The position numbers and the translations under genes are program-made. This document shows, one piece after another, positions 13,679-23,725 of a stretch of 64,000 nt of DNA (its first letter is position 1; every line of letters begins with the position of its first letter). The stretch lies in contig JAUSEW010000027.1 of assembly GCA_030651475.1 (NCBI GenBank), positions 173,614-237,613 of the forward strand, written 5' to 3'. This stretch comes from Candidatus Levyibacteriota bacterium. GTDB lineage: Bacteria > Patescibacteriota > Microgenomatia > Levybacterales > UBA12049. Under the pieces are notes generated by a model. That model saw only the letters and a program-made list of their open reading frames with translations. It was not told the origin of the DNA and ran no database searches.

Positions 13679-14410
13679 TTAAACGTGCGTATTATTTCTG
13701 CCTTTTTTCGCTTCTATTAATTGCTGACCGGCTTTATCTAAGAGTTCCTCCATCGTCTCACCTTTCCAAATGGATCCTCCGATGCTAACCGTTAATGGAA
13801 TTTGTTTACTTGAGAATGGTATATGGAAAGGTGCGGATTCCATAGACACTCTTATCTTGTCCGCAACCAGACGTAAGCTTTCTATACTATCAATTCCTGG
13901 TAAAATAATTGCTGTTTCATCTCCACCGTTTCTAAATGGTATATCTTCACTTTTTGCATCCTCATATCCTCCTCTAAGTTGCTCAGTTATTCTCAGAGCT
14001 GCTTGAACGATTACTTCATCTCCAGCTGGTTGCCCGTACTCTTTATTTATTTCACGAAAATGATCAAGGTCAGTAAAAAGTAATGCAAACGGTTGCCCAA
14101 GCTTAATCCTTTTTTCGATTTCAGGTCTTAGATGTTCTTGTCTGTATAAACCTGTTAGTCCGTCTAATGCGTTTTTTTTATTTGCCTCTTCAATTTTTCT
14201 TTCTCTTTTTAAAAATGCAAGCGCAATAATTCTGTTTTTTTCTTCTTTACCTATTGTTCCATTTTCTGCTCTTGTATCTAAAGAGCTTAGCCAATCTTGT
14301 TGTGTCCTAAGATATAGCTCTCTCCTCAACCTTTCAGGGCTTCTTCTTTCAACAGTGAGTTGCTCTTTACCCTGCGTATTTTCTAATCCCGCTCCGTTAT
14401 CTAATGCCAT
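13679..14410 (-). CDS. standalone GGDEF-domain protein (putative diguanylate cyclase; motif variant GGDET; no I-site; no sensor domain)
   Basis: DGLTGL, LLFTDLDHFREINKEYGQPAGDEV, RNGGDETAIILPG, SIGGSIW and AKKGRNNTHV all match the GGDEF-domain consensus. Its start ATG overlaps the gatB stop (TAATG). Confidence 0.75.
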   Translation of the reverse strand: MALDNGAGLENTQGKEQLTVERRSPERLRRELYLRTQQDWLSSLDTRAENGTIGKEEKNRIIALAFLKRERKIEEANKKNALDGLTGLYRQEHLRPEIEKRIKLGQPFALLFTDLDHFREINKEYGQPAGDEVIVQAALRITEQLRGGYEDAKSEDIPFRNGGDETAIILPGIDSIESLRLVADKIRVSMESAPFHIPFSSKQIPLTVSIGGSIWKGETMEELLDKAGQQLIEAKKGRNNTHV

Positions 14411-15855
14411 TACCGTAATCCCTCCATAATTAAAATTCTTACTTTTTCGGCATCAATTTTTTCTTTGAAATTTTTCATTACTTGTCCCATCAAAAACATT
14501 ATCGCATTTTGCTTGCCGCTTTTGTAGTCGGAAACTGCTTTTGGGTTTTCTTTTAGAACTTTATCGATTATTTTTTCCAATTCTTTTTCGTCTATTTGGT
14601 CTGTTTGGGTTGCATTTAAAATAATTTGTATTAGTTGGGCGGGGAGAGTTAGATTAATATCTATGTCCCTATTAATTAGAAAATTAGCGATTTGTTTCGG
14701 ATTAACATTATGTTTTTTGCCGACTATTATTGTTTCCTCGAAAAAATTTGCCATTGGCTTTTCTCTAGTTAGAATTTCCGCATCATAAGCAGATAGGCCA
14801 AAACCCGCTTGAAATCTTTTTAGTTTTTCTTCTGGCAATTCTCCTATTTGAGATTTAATTTTTGATATTTGATCTTGAGTGAAACGAATCGGCGGGATAT
14901 CCGGTTCTGGGAAATAACGATAATCATTTGCTTCCTCCTTAATCCTTTGGGAAACAGTCTGTCCTTTTTTTTCATTCCAGCCCATGGTTTCCTGCGCCGG
15001 AGTTTCGCCATTATTCAAAATTTCTTCTTGTCTTTTTATCTCATATTCAATAGCCTTTTCAACAAAGCGGAACGAATTAATATTTTTCACTTCAACCTTA
15101 TAATTTGGTAATTTACCAATTAATTCTTTATCATTTATCCTTAACGATATATTCGGCTCAAGCCTCATATTGCCTTTTTCCATATCTGCGTCAGAAACAC
15201 CAAGATAGCGTACGATCTGCTGAAGTTTTTTAAGATATTCGACAACTTCCTGCGCGCTTTCAAAATCCGGCTGGGTAACAATTTCCACCAAAGGAACACC
15301 GCTTCTATTAAAATCAATCAACGAATCTTGCCCTTGATGTATTAATTTAGCAGTATCCTCTTCCATGTGTACGCGTCGTATTCTAATTATTTTTTCTTCA
15401 TCAATTTTTAACTTTTCATCCGTTCGACTTTGCTCAGGATGACCTCTTCGAGCCTGAGCCTCAGAGCCGAAGGCCTGAGTTTTATCGAATGGGTCATTTT
15501 TAATTTTTAATTTAAGCGATCCGTTGATCGCGAATGGCTCATCGTATTGGCTTATTTGATAACCTTTCGGAAGGTCAGGATAAAAATAATTTTTTCTGTC
15601 AAATTTGGAAAAAAGGGGAATTTTGCAACCCAAAGAAAGTCCAATCATTACGCACCATTCAATTGCCTTTTGATTGGGTACTGGCAATGCACCGGGAAGA
15701 CCAAGGCAAACAGGGCAAGTATTGGTATTTGGTTTTTCGCCAAAATATTCTGCTTTGCATGAACAGAACATCTTGCTTTTTGTTTTAAGCTCTACGTGAA
15801 CTTCTAATCCGATTACCGGAATATATTTATCATTTTTCATATCATTTACCCTCAA
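14410..15855 (-). CDS. gatB: Asp/Glu-tRNA amidotransferase subunit B
   Basis: YIPVIGLEVHVEL N-terminus, the Cys cluster CSCKAEYFGEKPNTNTCPVCLGLPGALP, and a C-terminal YqeY-like helical domain. Confidence 0.95.
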   Translation of the reverse strand: MRVNDMKNDKYIPVIGLEVHVELKTKSKMFCSCKAEYFGEKPNTNTCPVCLGLPGALPVPNQKAIEWCVMIGLSLGCKIPLFSKFDRKNYFYPDLPKGYQISQYDEPFAINGSLKLKIKNDPFDKTQAFGSEAQARRGHPEQSRTDEKLKIDEEKIIRIRRVHMEEDTAKLIHQGQDSLIDFNRSGVPLVEIVTQPDFESAQEVVEYLKKLQQIVRYLGVSDADMEKGNMRLEPNISLRINDKELIGKLPNYKVEVKNINSFRFVEKAIEYEIKRQEEILNNGETPAQETMGWNEKKGQTVSQRIKEEANDYRYFPEPDIPPIRFTQDQISKIKSQIGELPEEKLKRFQAGFGLSAYDAEILTREKPMANFFEETIIVGKKHNVNPKQIANFLINRDIDINLTLPAQLIQIILNATQTDQIDEKELEKIIDKVLKENPKAVSDYKSGKQNAIMFLMGQVMKNFKEKIDAEKVRILIMEGLR

Positions 15856-15887
15856 ATACTTTAATAATATATATTATTAAAGTAAAT

Positions 15888-17279
15888 TTAGAGTTTGGGT
15901 TTTTGTTTATACCATTGCGTTGCTTGTTCATATGCGTATCCAATTTGAAATAGTCTAGCTTCCGAGAACTGCGGACCAAGGATTTGCATTCCGACAGGAA
16001 GACCATTAGAAAATCCAATTGGAACAGATAATCCCGGAATTCCGGCTAAATTAGCAGTCACTGTAAAAATATCCGATAGGTACATTTTTAACGGATCATT
16101 AATTTTCTCCCCCAATTTCCATGGGGGAGTTGGGGAAACAGGCGTTATTATTGCATCGACTTTTTTAAAAGCATAGTTAAAATCTTGTTTAATTAGAGTT
16201 CGTACCTGCATAGCTTTTTTATAGTATGCATCGTAATAACCAGCAGACAAGGTATAAGTTCCTAGCATAATTCTCCTTTTTGCTTCATCGCCAAAATTCT
16301 GCCTTGCGGAACCATATCTAATTCCGTCATATCTTGCCAGATTGGATGATACTTCGGAAGGTTGAATAATGTAATAGCATGCAGTTGCATATTGCGTGTT
16401 AGGTAAAGAAATATATTCTGTGTTTGCTCCTAGTTTTTTCAATTGTTTATCTGCATTATCAAGCAATGTTTTTAGATTCTTATCGATTCCCATAAATGAA
16501 TATTGTGCAACAATTCCTATCTTCATTTTTTTTAACGGTTTAACTTCGTGCTTTTTCTCAAGAGTAGTTGCGTCCATAATGTCTTTGCCGCCTGTGACGC
16601 TTAACATAATCTCCGAATCTTCGACTGTTTTGGTAAAATGGCCGATTGAATCCAAAGAAGATGCCATAGCAATTATTCCATATCTACTAACTTTACCGTA
16701 TGTAGGTTTTAGGCCAACGACATTATTAAAACTTGCAGGAAGCCTGATTGATCCTCCCGTATCCGTACCGGTTGCGGCAAGACACATATCAGACGCTACG
16801 GATACAGCGGAGCCGCTGGAAGATCCGCCCGGAACATATTCTTTATTCCACGGATTTTTTGTCGGACCAAAATCCGAATTTTCTCCACTGGAGCCATGCG
16901 CCCAAGCATCTAAATTAGTTTTTCCGACAATAACTGCACCTGCATCTTTTATTTTTTTAACAACAGTTGCATCATATTGAGGAACATAATTTTCCAAAAC
17001 TTTTGATCCGGCCGTAGTTTTTATACCTTTTGTTGAAAATAAATCTTTAAGGGCAATCGGAATTCCCAGAAGGGGCAGATCTTGTCCGCTTGAAATTAAT
17101 TCATCGGCTGATTTAGCTTGATCCAAAGCCTCTTTTTCGGTTACTGTAATAAAGGCGTTTAAATCTTTATTATGTTTTTTAATTTGTTCAAGACATGCTT
17201 TCGTCAATTCAACCGACGAAAACTTTTTGCTTTTTAAGCCTTCTCTCGCTTCTTTTATCGTTAACTCGTTAAGCTTCAT
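15888..17279 (-). CDS. gatA: Asp/Glu-tRNA amidotransferase subunit A
   Basis: Amidase signature GGSSSGSAVSVASD and Ser-cisSer-Lys triad region. Operon position gatC-gatA-gatB. Confidence 0.95.
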   Translation of the reverse strand: MKLNELTIKEAREGLKSKKFSSVELTKACLEQIKKHNKDLNAFITVTEKEALDQAKSADELISSGQDLPLLGIPIALKDLFSTKGIKTTAGSKVLENYVPQYDATVVKKIKDAGAVIVGKTNLDAWAHGSSGENSDFGPTKNPWNKEYVPGGSSSGSAVSVASDMCLAATGTDTGGSIRLPASFNNVVGLKPTYGKVSRYGIIAMASSLDSIGHFTKTVEDSEIMLSVTGGKDIMDATTLEKKHEVKPLKKMKIGIVAQYSFMGIDKNLKTLLDNADKQLKKLGANTEYISLPNTQYATACYYIIQPSEVSSNLARYDGIRYGSARQNFGDEAKRRIMLGTYTLSAGYYDAYYKKAMQVRTLIKQDFNYAFKKVDAIITPVSPTPPWKLGEKINDPLKMYLSDIFTVTANLAGIPGLSVPIGFSNGLPVGMQILGPQFSEARLFQIGYAYEQATQWYKQKPKL

Positions 17280-17299
17280 AATTAATCATTAATCCTTCA

Positions 17300-17599
17300 T
17301 CATTCCGTGAGTATTGCTTTGACTTTGAAAAATCCATTATGTTGAGATTTCGTGTTGGACAAAGCGTCGTCTTGAGACAGAGAAGGTTTTGCTTCATCTT
17401 TGCGTGTTACGTTTTCAAGTCCAGTTACCTGACTTGTAATTTCCACATTTTCCGTATTAACTTCTTTTAGTTTTTCAACGTAGGACAAAATTTCTGATAA
17501 TTGTTTTTCGAACTTTTCTTTTTCTTCTGATTTCAGAGGAAGATTTGCCAATTTTGCAACGTGCACTACATCAATTTTCATTACTCTATTATAATTCAA
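17300..17599 (-). CDS. gatC: Asp/Glu-tRNA amidotransferase subunit C
   Basis: 99 aa. IDVVHVAKLANLPLKSEEKEKFEKQLSEILSYVEKL is the typical GatC sequence. Confidence 0.85.
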   Translation of the reverse strand: MNYNRVMKIDVVHVAKLANLPLKSEEKEKFEKQLSEILSYVEKLKEVNTENVEITSQVTGLENVTRKDEAKPSLSQDDALSNTKSQHNGFFKVKAILTE

Positions 17600-18392
17600 T
17601 ACTTAATCTTTTAGCAATCGATTTTCGTGCTTGGGTTTCTAGAGAATTGTCGAGAGGGGAGAGGTTGATGGGGGAGCCGTACTTTTTTTCAAGAGCAAGT
17701 TTGATTAATAAGTCAGCAAAACTTGGGTTTTTGGGGAGAATTGGACCGTGCAGATAGCTTCCGAAACTATTTTTATAAATTGCTCCTTCTGTTTTATCAA
17801 TCCCATTATTCCCAAATCCTTTAACTACCCTTCCCAATGCTTTTATGTTTTTTCCAAGATAAGTTCTTCCTCCGTGATTTTCAAAACCGACCAACGTTCC
17901 TTCATTGTCATTCTGACGAAGGTCAGAATCTCGTTTTGATTGAGATCCTGAAATAAATTCAGGATGACATTTAATAATAATGTTCCCAATAAGGCGCGGA
18001 TGATTTATTCCGGGATTTTCAGTATAAAGGTCCAAAATTCCAAGGCCTTTGATAATAGTTCCATCCGCTTCCTTATAATATTTTCCCAGGAATTGGTAAG
18101 CTCCGCAAATATAAAGTCCAGGAATGCCTTCATTAATTATTTTTTTTAATGTTGATGCTTTTTTCTGCAAATCTTCAGCGACAATTTTTTGCTGTTGGTC
18201 TTGGGCGCCGCCCATAAAAAGCAAATTGCACGTGGTTAATAGCTTATGGTCGAAACCGATATCAAGGCGTTTTACTTCAACGCCAATTCCCCGCCATTCA
18301 CAGCGTTTTTGAAGGGTAATAATATTTCCCCTGTCTCCATAAGTAGACATTAATTCTGGATAAAGCCAGCCGATAACTAATTTATGATTCAT
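17589..18392 (-). CDS. gatD: lipid II isoglutaminyl synthase glutaminase subunit GatD (CobB/CobQ-like GATase)
   Basis: LVIGWLYPELMSTYGDRGNIITLQKR and LLFMGGAQDQQQ match the GatD N-terminus and catalytic region. Immediately downstream of murT. Confidence 0.85.
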   Translation of the reverse strand: MNHKLVIGWLYPELMSTYGDRGNIITLQKRCEWRGIGVEVKRLDIGFDHKLLTTCNLLFMGGAQDQQQKIVAEDLQKKASTLKKIINEGIPGLYICGAYQFLGKYYKEADGTIIKGLGILDLYTENPGINHPRLIGNIIIKCHPEFISGSQSKRDSDLRQNDNEGTLVGFENHGGRTYLGKNIKALGRVVKGFGNNGIDKTEGAIYKNSFGSYLHGPILPKNPSFADLLIKLALEKKYGSPINLSPLDNSLETQARKSIAKRLSIEL

Positions 18393-18413
18393 AATTTATA
18401 ATTTTTAATTAGA

Positions 18414-19748
18414 TTAAAGAATCTTTTTGCCTGTTAAGATTTTGCGAACTTCGAGCATTGCCGAATAGGTTGGCAATATGTAAAGCGTTTCAGATTTAGG
18501 AGTTTTTTCCAAACTCATTGCGATTGCCTTTTCAAGATCTTCTTGAATTATGAATAAAGAATCATGAATTATGGACTGGGCATATTTTATTCTTAAGCCC
18601 ATGTCGTAAGCTCGATCACCGGATATTGTAATATTTTTAAATTTACTAACGATTTCTTCGAAATCTACATCCCAAATCCAGGAAACGTCTCTTCCGTCAG
18701 GAATTCGGTCGTTTAAGACTAATAATAAATTTTCGGCTTTTAAATCAGAAATGGTTTTCAGAGATTCGTTAAGACTGGTGGGATTTTTGGAAAGAAAAAT
18801 CTGTACTTTTTTCCCATTTATATCTAAAGTTTCCTGCCTTCCAAACGCAGGCTGGAAATCTTTTAACGCAGAAATTATATTATTTTTATTTATGCCAACC
18901 TCTTGGGCTAAAAGTATTGCTGCAATAGTATTGTATCGGTTATAAATTCCCAAAAGCGGAAAGACAGACGAAGTTGAGATATTTAGTTTTGGCCGCGAGT
19001 TACCGCATTTCAGACACGCCCAAGCCCCCAAATGAGAATAATAAATTGCCGAATATGAAAGCTTAAATTCACAGTTGGGACAGTACGTTGAATCGGCTGC
19101 GTGTTGTGCCTTCGCAGTTGCCAAATTCATGTCGTTCAGCCCAAAAAACTTTACGTTTACACCTTCGAGGTGTAATCTCAAACTAGCAACCTGCGGATCA
19201 TCCGCATTTAGAATAAGAGTCGTTTTTTCGTCGAGTTTCTTAAGCGCATCAGCCCACCTTTTTGAAACTGCGTTTACTTCACCATAACGGTCTAATTGGT
19301 CGCGAAATAAATTTAGAATTATGACAAAATCCGGATTCGTAATTTCTTTTAAAATAAGCGACAATGTATTTTCATCAATTTCAAAAATTGCAAAATCTTT
19401 ATCTATTTGTCCATCAATATCGGCATTCGAAATTAAAGCAGAGGCTATTCCGTTTAGTAAGTTAGCTCCCGATGTATTTTCGAATATTTTTTTACCATTT
19501 TCCTGAAGTATTGACCTTATTAATTTAGTAGTAGTTGTTTTACCGTTTGTTCCGGCGACTAAAATAATCTTTAACTTTCTGCCGTTATTTTTTAAAACGT
19601 CTTTTATAAAATTTTTATTTGCATTTAAAGCAATATGTCCCGGCCACGTCGACCCAGATCCGAGATTAAGCATTCTACTAACAAGCGAAATACATTTTCC
19701 CAAAAAGATGATTAAACTGTTAAGCATCGCTCTATTATTATACTTCAA
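18414..19748 (-). CDS. murT: lipid II isoglutaminyl synthase ligase subunit MurT (Mur ligase family with Cys4 zinc ribbon and DUF1727 C-terminus)
   Basis: P-loop GTNGKTTTT. Zinc ribbon CPNCEFKL...CLKCGN. C-terminal MurT-type domain. Paired with gatD. Confidence 0.9.
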   Translation of the reverse strand: MKYNNRAMLNSLIIFLGKCISLVSRMLNLGSGSTWPGHIALNANKNFIKDVLKNNGRKLKIILVAGTNGKTTTTKLIRSILQENGKKIFENTSGANLLNGIASALISNADIDGQIDKDFAIFEIDENTLSLILKEITNPDFVIILNLFRDQLDRYGEVNAVSKRWADALKKLDEKTTLILNADDPQVASLRLHLEGVNVKFFGLNDMNLATAKAQHAADSTYCPNCEFKLSYSAIYYSHLGAWACLKCGNSRPKLNISTSSVFPLLGIYNRYNTIAAILLAQEVGINKNNIISALKDFQPAFGRQETLDINGKKVQIFLSKNPTSLNESLKTISDLKAENLLLVLNDRIPDGRDVSWIWDVDFEEIVSKFKNITISGDRAYDMGLRIKYAQSIIHDSLFIIQEDLEKAIAMSLEKTPKSETLYILPTYSAMLEVRKILTGKKIL

Positions 19749-19770
19749 GTAATTGATTAATTGTGATTAA

Positions 19771-20412
19771 TTATTCTGTGGGTACGTTGGTATTCAGGTT
19801 AGTAGTTTCCCGAGAGGATCTCTGAGGTGGTGCTTCAGTCATTATGATTTCTCCGGTCTCGATACCTTTTAGCCATTTTTCTACTAACGAATAATCGTTT
19901 TCTTTTATAGAGGAATCCATAAACACATTTATGATATCAGGTTTTATAGATATTCTAGGATGTCTACTCTTAAAGCCTCTCGGCGGAGGGTTTAAGCTTT
20001 CAGCCTCAACGATTTTTGTTCTTTTAACTCCTTGACCAGATTCGTTAAAAAGATATTGGATGTAGATTTTATAGATTTTTCCATCAACTCTATTTGTAAA
20101 AAGGAAGGGGAAGCTATTTAACGTTAGAGCATATAAGGGAGAATTAAGGGCATTTTTTGCCGAAATTTTAGGAAAACCATCATTTTTACTTTCTAAGACG
20201 AAGATGGCCGCAGGATCTCCTAAAAGTCTTCGATGGCTTAGGGTGGTAAGTATCATTACGTGTTTCCGATCGTTTCTCCCCTCCTGATTAAATAAGACTT
20301 TTAACCCACCTGCGATATTGCTGTTCCTGATTTTTTCAGCTTCAGAATGAGGCTCAAAAAAAGCACCTTGTTCTAATTCTGTTTTGGCACTTCCGTTTTC
20401 TGCCTTCGCCAT
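19771..20412 (-). CDS. hypothetical protein, no recognisable motif
   Basis: 213-aa ORF in the same strand block, with no TM segments and no identifiable signature. Confidence 0.4.
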   Translation of the reverse strand: MAKAENGSAKTELEQGAFFEPHSEAEKIRNSNIAGGLKVLFNQEGRNDRKHVMILTTLSHRRLLGDPAAIFVLESKNDGFPKISAKNALNSPLYALTLNSFPFLFTNRVDGKIYKIYIQYLFNESGQGVKRTKIVEAESLNPPPRGFKSRHPRISIKPDIINVFMDSSIKENDYSLVEKWLKGIETGEIIMTEAPPQRSSRETTNLNTNVPTE

Positions 20413-20465
20413 ATGGCACCGATTATAGCACTTTTGATTGCAGATGCAAGCCGAAGCAATAGTTA

Positions 20466-21368
20466 CTACATTGCCCTAAGGATTTTGATACGTTCTTCAA
20501 TTGGGGGGTGGGTGTTGAAAAGATTCGCGAACCAGTTCCCGGATATTTTATTTTTGAATGGATTGGCGATGTATAAATGTGCGGTTGCATTATTCGCAAC
20601 CTCTAAGGGCTCTTTGTCTTTGGAAATTTTTTCAAGAGCAGACGCCAAGCCTTCGGGGTATCGCGTAAGTAAGGCGCCTGACGCATCTGCTAGAAATTCT
20701 CTTTTCCTTGAAACTGCAAGTTGAATTAAGGTTGCGATAATGGGAGAAAGTATTGCCAGAGCAATTCCTATAAGTAAAAATATTCCTTGAGCGTTGCCTT
20801 CCCTATTCCCCCTATCTCTTCTGTCCCCCCCATACCATAAGCTTCTCATAAAAAAATCTGCAAGAAGAGCAACTAATCCCACCAAAATTACAACAATTGA
20901 CATTAGCCTTATGTCATAGTTTTGAACATGAGATAATTCGTGGGCAATAACTCCTTCAAGCTCAGCCTTATCTAGCTTTTCCAAAATTCCTGTTGTTACG
21001 CAGACAACCGAATGCTTGGGATCTCTTCCCGTTGCGAATGCATTTGGCGCGGAATCTTCAATAATATAAATCTTAGGTATCGGAATTCCTGCTCCAATGC
21101 ATAAATTTTCTACAATTCTAAAAAATTGCGGATTATCTTTTTTAGCAATTTGTTTTGCCTTAGACATTCCCAAAATCATCCTATCGGAATAATAGTAACT
21201 GGCAAAAGTTATAAGACCTGAAATAATAAGTCCGATTCCCGCATATGATAATCCATATCCGGAAGTCTTACCGTACACAAAAATAATAGTTGTTATGAAT
21301 AAAACAAACAAAATAACTATCAGCCAAGTTTTAGTTTTATTGGCTGAAATTTGAGAATAAATGTTCAT
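20466..21368 (-). CDS. htpX: M48 zinc metalloprotease HtpX
   Basis: HELSHVQNYD (HExxH). N-terminal TM helices. Conserved C-terminal NTHPPIEERIKIL. Confidence 0.9.
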   Translation of the reverse strand: MNIYSQISANKTKTWLIVILFVLFITTIIFVYGKTSGYGLSYAGIGLIISGLITFASYYYSDRMILGMSKAKQIAKKDNPQFFRIVENLCIGAGIPIPKIYIIEDSAPNAFATGRDPKHSVVCVTTGILEKLDKAELEGVIAHELSHVQNYDIRLMSIVVILVGLVALLADFFMRSLWYGGDRRDRGNREGNAQGIFLLIGIALAILSPIIATLIQLAVSRKREFLADASGALLTRYPEGLASALEKISKDKEPLEVANNATAHLYIANPFKNKISGNWFANLFNTHPPIEERIKILRAM

Positions 21369-21374
21369 ACTTTA

Positions 21375-21926
21375 TCAGAATTTTACCTTAACAGATTCTC
21401 TTTCGGAACTTTTTGCTTCAAAGAATTCTTCCGATTTATAGCCAAACATATTACCCACTGTTGATCCTGGAAATTTAGCAAGTGTTTCGTTATAACTTGC
21501 GACATTTGAATTATAAAATTGTCTTGCATAGGCAATTTTCGCCTCAATGTCAGAGAGTTCTTCTTGCAGTTCCAGGAAATTTTTACTTGCTTTAAGATCA
21601 GGGTAGCTTTCCGAAATCGCAATCAAACTCTTTAAAGCACTTGAAAGCATATTGTCAGATTTGGCCTTTTCCGAAGTCTCTGTTGCATTCATAAGAGACG
21701 CTCTTGCTTTGGTAACATTTTCAAGCAAATCCTTTTCATGTTTGGAATATCCCTTAACTGTTTCAATAAGATTAGGTACTAGGTCAACGCGTCTTTTGAG
21801 TTGAACATCAATTCCGCTTAAGGCTTCCTTTATTCGGACTTTACCTGTTGCTAAAGAGTTATAGGTAGTCCAAACAAATAAGACGATGACAACGACCGCA
21901 ATTATTAAAATAAGAGTTGGAGACAT
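21375..21926 (-). CDS. lemA: LemA family protein
   Basis: N-terminal TM plus QLKRRVDLVPNLIETVKGYSKHEKDLLENVTKARA, the LemA consensus. Classic LemA-HtpX pairing. Confidence 0.85.
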   Translation of the reverse strand: MSPTLILIIAVVVIVLFVWTTYNSLATGKVRIKEALSGIDVQLKRRVDLVPNLIETVKGYSKHEKDLLENVTKARASLMNATETSEKAKSDNMLSSALKSLIAISESYPDLKASKNFLELQEELSDIEAKIAYARQFYNSNVASYNETLAKFPGSTVGNMFGYKSEEFFEAKSSERESVKVKF

Positions 21927-21933
21927 AATATTA

Positions 21934-23706
21934 TCACCCCGCTTTCAGCCATTCTGCAAATTCAGAATAGCTTAACGTATTTATTATATCATTTTTCGTT
22001 GCCCAACCCCGTCTTGCCATCGCAACTCCGTATTTCATAAGTATCATTTGTGAAGATGCGTGACTATCGGTGTTGATTGCAAGTTTTACTTTATTTTCTA
22101 TAGCTTGTCTAGCTATAGTGTCTGTTAAATCTAGTCTGTTTGGCCAGGCATTAATTTCCAAAGCTTTGTTATGCTTTCTGCAAAACTCAAATATCTTCTG
22201 GAAATCTAGATCGTATCCTTGGCGAGTACCTATCATTCTGCCTGTGGGGTGAGCTAGTATTTTGGCCTTGGGGTGGGATAGTCCTTCAAGTACCCTTTTA
22301 GTCATATCTTCTTTATTCATGTTGAAAGAACTATGTATAGATACGATGGCTCCATCCAAGAGATCTAAACACTTGTCATTAATCGCCAGGCCTCCATTGA
22401 CAAGAATGTCAATTTCGAGTAATTTTAGTATGCGTACATTTTTCATCTCCGATTTAATTTGTTCAATATAGTCATCTCTCCTCTTAATTAAAGTATGAAT
22501 ATCATTTTGACTATGCTTCGAAACACTGGGGTTATGTTCGGAAAGCCCTATATATTCGTAGCCTAGTTTTACCGCAGTTTCAGCCATGTCTTCGATTGAA
22601 TTATGGCCTAAGTCATGGCTTGGCTCAATTGAGAAATTAGAATGCGTGTGTAAATCTCCTTTCATATTTTTTAGTTCTACTAATTGAGGGAGTTTGTGTT
22701 GTGCGGCTAGCTCAATTTCTCCTGTGTTTTCCCTGATCTCCGGCGGAATCCAATCTAGTCCTAGTGCATTGTAGAATTTTTCTTCATTGTCATATTTCGA
22801 AAGAGGTTGATTTTTTTTAGTCAAACTTCTTATGCCATACTCGGATAAAGAAAGACCTTTCCTTAACGCATATTCCCTAAGGTGAACATTATGATTCTTA
22901 CTTCCTGTAAAATGTTGCAGAAGAGATCCGAAGCTTTCAGGCGGCTGCGTCATTAGATCGACCTGAACGTCACCTGAAATAAGTATGGATGCTGTTGCTA
23001 TACCTTTTTCCACAAGCCTTTCTTTATGGGGGTAAGAAGTAAAGTGCTCAATTGTCTCTTTTGGATGATTAGTTGCAACCGCAATGTCGATATCTCCTAC
23101 AGTGGCAGTCATACGCCTAATGCTTCCTAGCACTATAGCTTCTTTGACGTACTTAAGCCCTTTAAGATATGACACTATTTTTTCTGAAACTTCATATGCG
23201 TAGGGTAAGACCATTCTTGTAGTTTTACCTTCCCCTTGTTTGTACTCGGAGAGAGCTCGTATAATGTCTTCCTGAGATTTTTCTCCGAAACCTTCAAGTT
23301 TGGCTATCTTTCCCGCCCGAGCAATCTCAACTAGATCATTTATTACGGTATCGGGATTATTAAGCTTGAATTCTTTTATCAGCTTGTATGCTTTTTTAGG
23401 CCCGAAACTTGGAATATCAATCAATACGAAAACAGAGGCTGGAATTCCTTTAAGAACCCATTCAAAATGTTTTACTTTTCCAGATTTGAAAAGCTCGATA
23501 AGGTGAGATGTTATGGTTTTCCCAATGCCGGGTACCAACTCAAGCTTATTTTCTTTATAAAAATCCTGTAATTCGGAAGTTAGATTAGAAACTGCGTCTG
23601 AAGCTTTTTGGTAAGCGAGAATTTGAAATCGGAACTTTTCTTCGTTTTTGATAACATAAGCAGCTGCAACGTCCTTAAACAGCTTTGCTATTTCCCGATT
23701 GCTCAT
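21934..23706 (-). CDS. polX: family X DNA polymerase with C-terminal PHP domain (PolX). Start reassigned to ATG at 23704-23706, giving MSNREIAKLFKD
   Basis: HhH motifs (GIGKTITSHLIEL). Pol-beta nucleotidyltransferase GSIRRMTATVGDIDIAV. C-terminal PHP GDLHTHSNFS...HP. The ORF-track N-terminus consists of TTG/TTA Leu codons. Confidence 0.85.
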   Translation of the reverse strand: MSNREIAKLFKDVAAAYVIKNEEKFRFQILAYQKASDAVSNLTSELQDFYKENKLELVPGIGKTITSHLIELFKSGKVKHFEWVLKGIPASVFVLIDIPSFGPKKAYKLIKEFKLNNPDTVINDLVEIARAGKIAKLEGFGEKSQEDIIRALSEYKQGEGKTTRMVLPYAYEVSEKIVSYLKGLKYVKEAIVLGSIRRMTATVGDIDIAVATNHPKETIEHFTSYPHKERLVEKGIATASILISGDVQVDLMTQPPESFGSLLQHFTGSKNHNVHLREYALRKGLSLSEYGIRSLTKKNQPLSKYDNEEKFYNALGLDWIPPEIRENTGEIELAAQHKLPQLVELKNMKGDLHTHSNFSIEPSHDLGHNSIEDMAETAVKLGYEYIGLSEHNPSVSKHSQNDIHTLIKRRDDYIEQIKSEMKNVRILKLLEIDILVNGGLAINDKCLDLLDGAIVSIHSSFNMNKEDMTKRVLEGLSHPKAKILAHPTGRMIGTRQGYDLDFQKIFEFCRKHNKALEINAWPNRLDLTDTIARQAIENKVKLAINTDSHASSQMILMKYGVAMARRGWATKNDIINTLSYSEFAEWLKAG

Positions 23707-23725
23707 CAGTACAATAATACCAAAC

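Noticed and set aside
16396-16980. 194-aa antisense ORF inside gatA, and similar long antisense ORFs (8025-8522 in atpA, 24136-24492 in the LysM gene, 20413-20724 opposite htpX, 33462-33863 in eno)
   Set aside because: They lie opposite strongly conserved genes, have low-complexity or hydrophobic translations, and have no independent signals.
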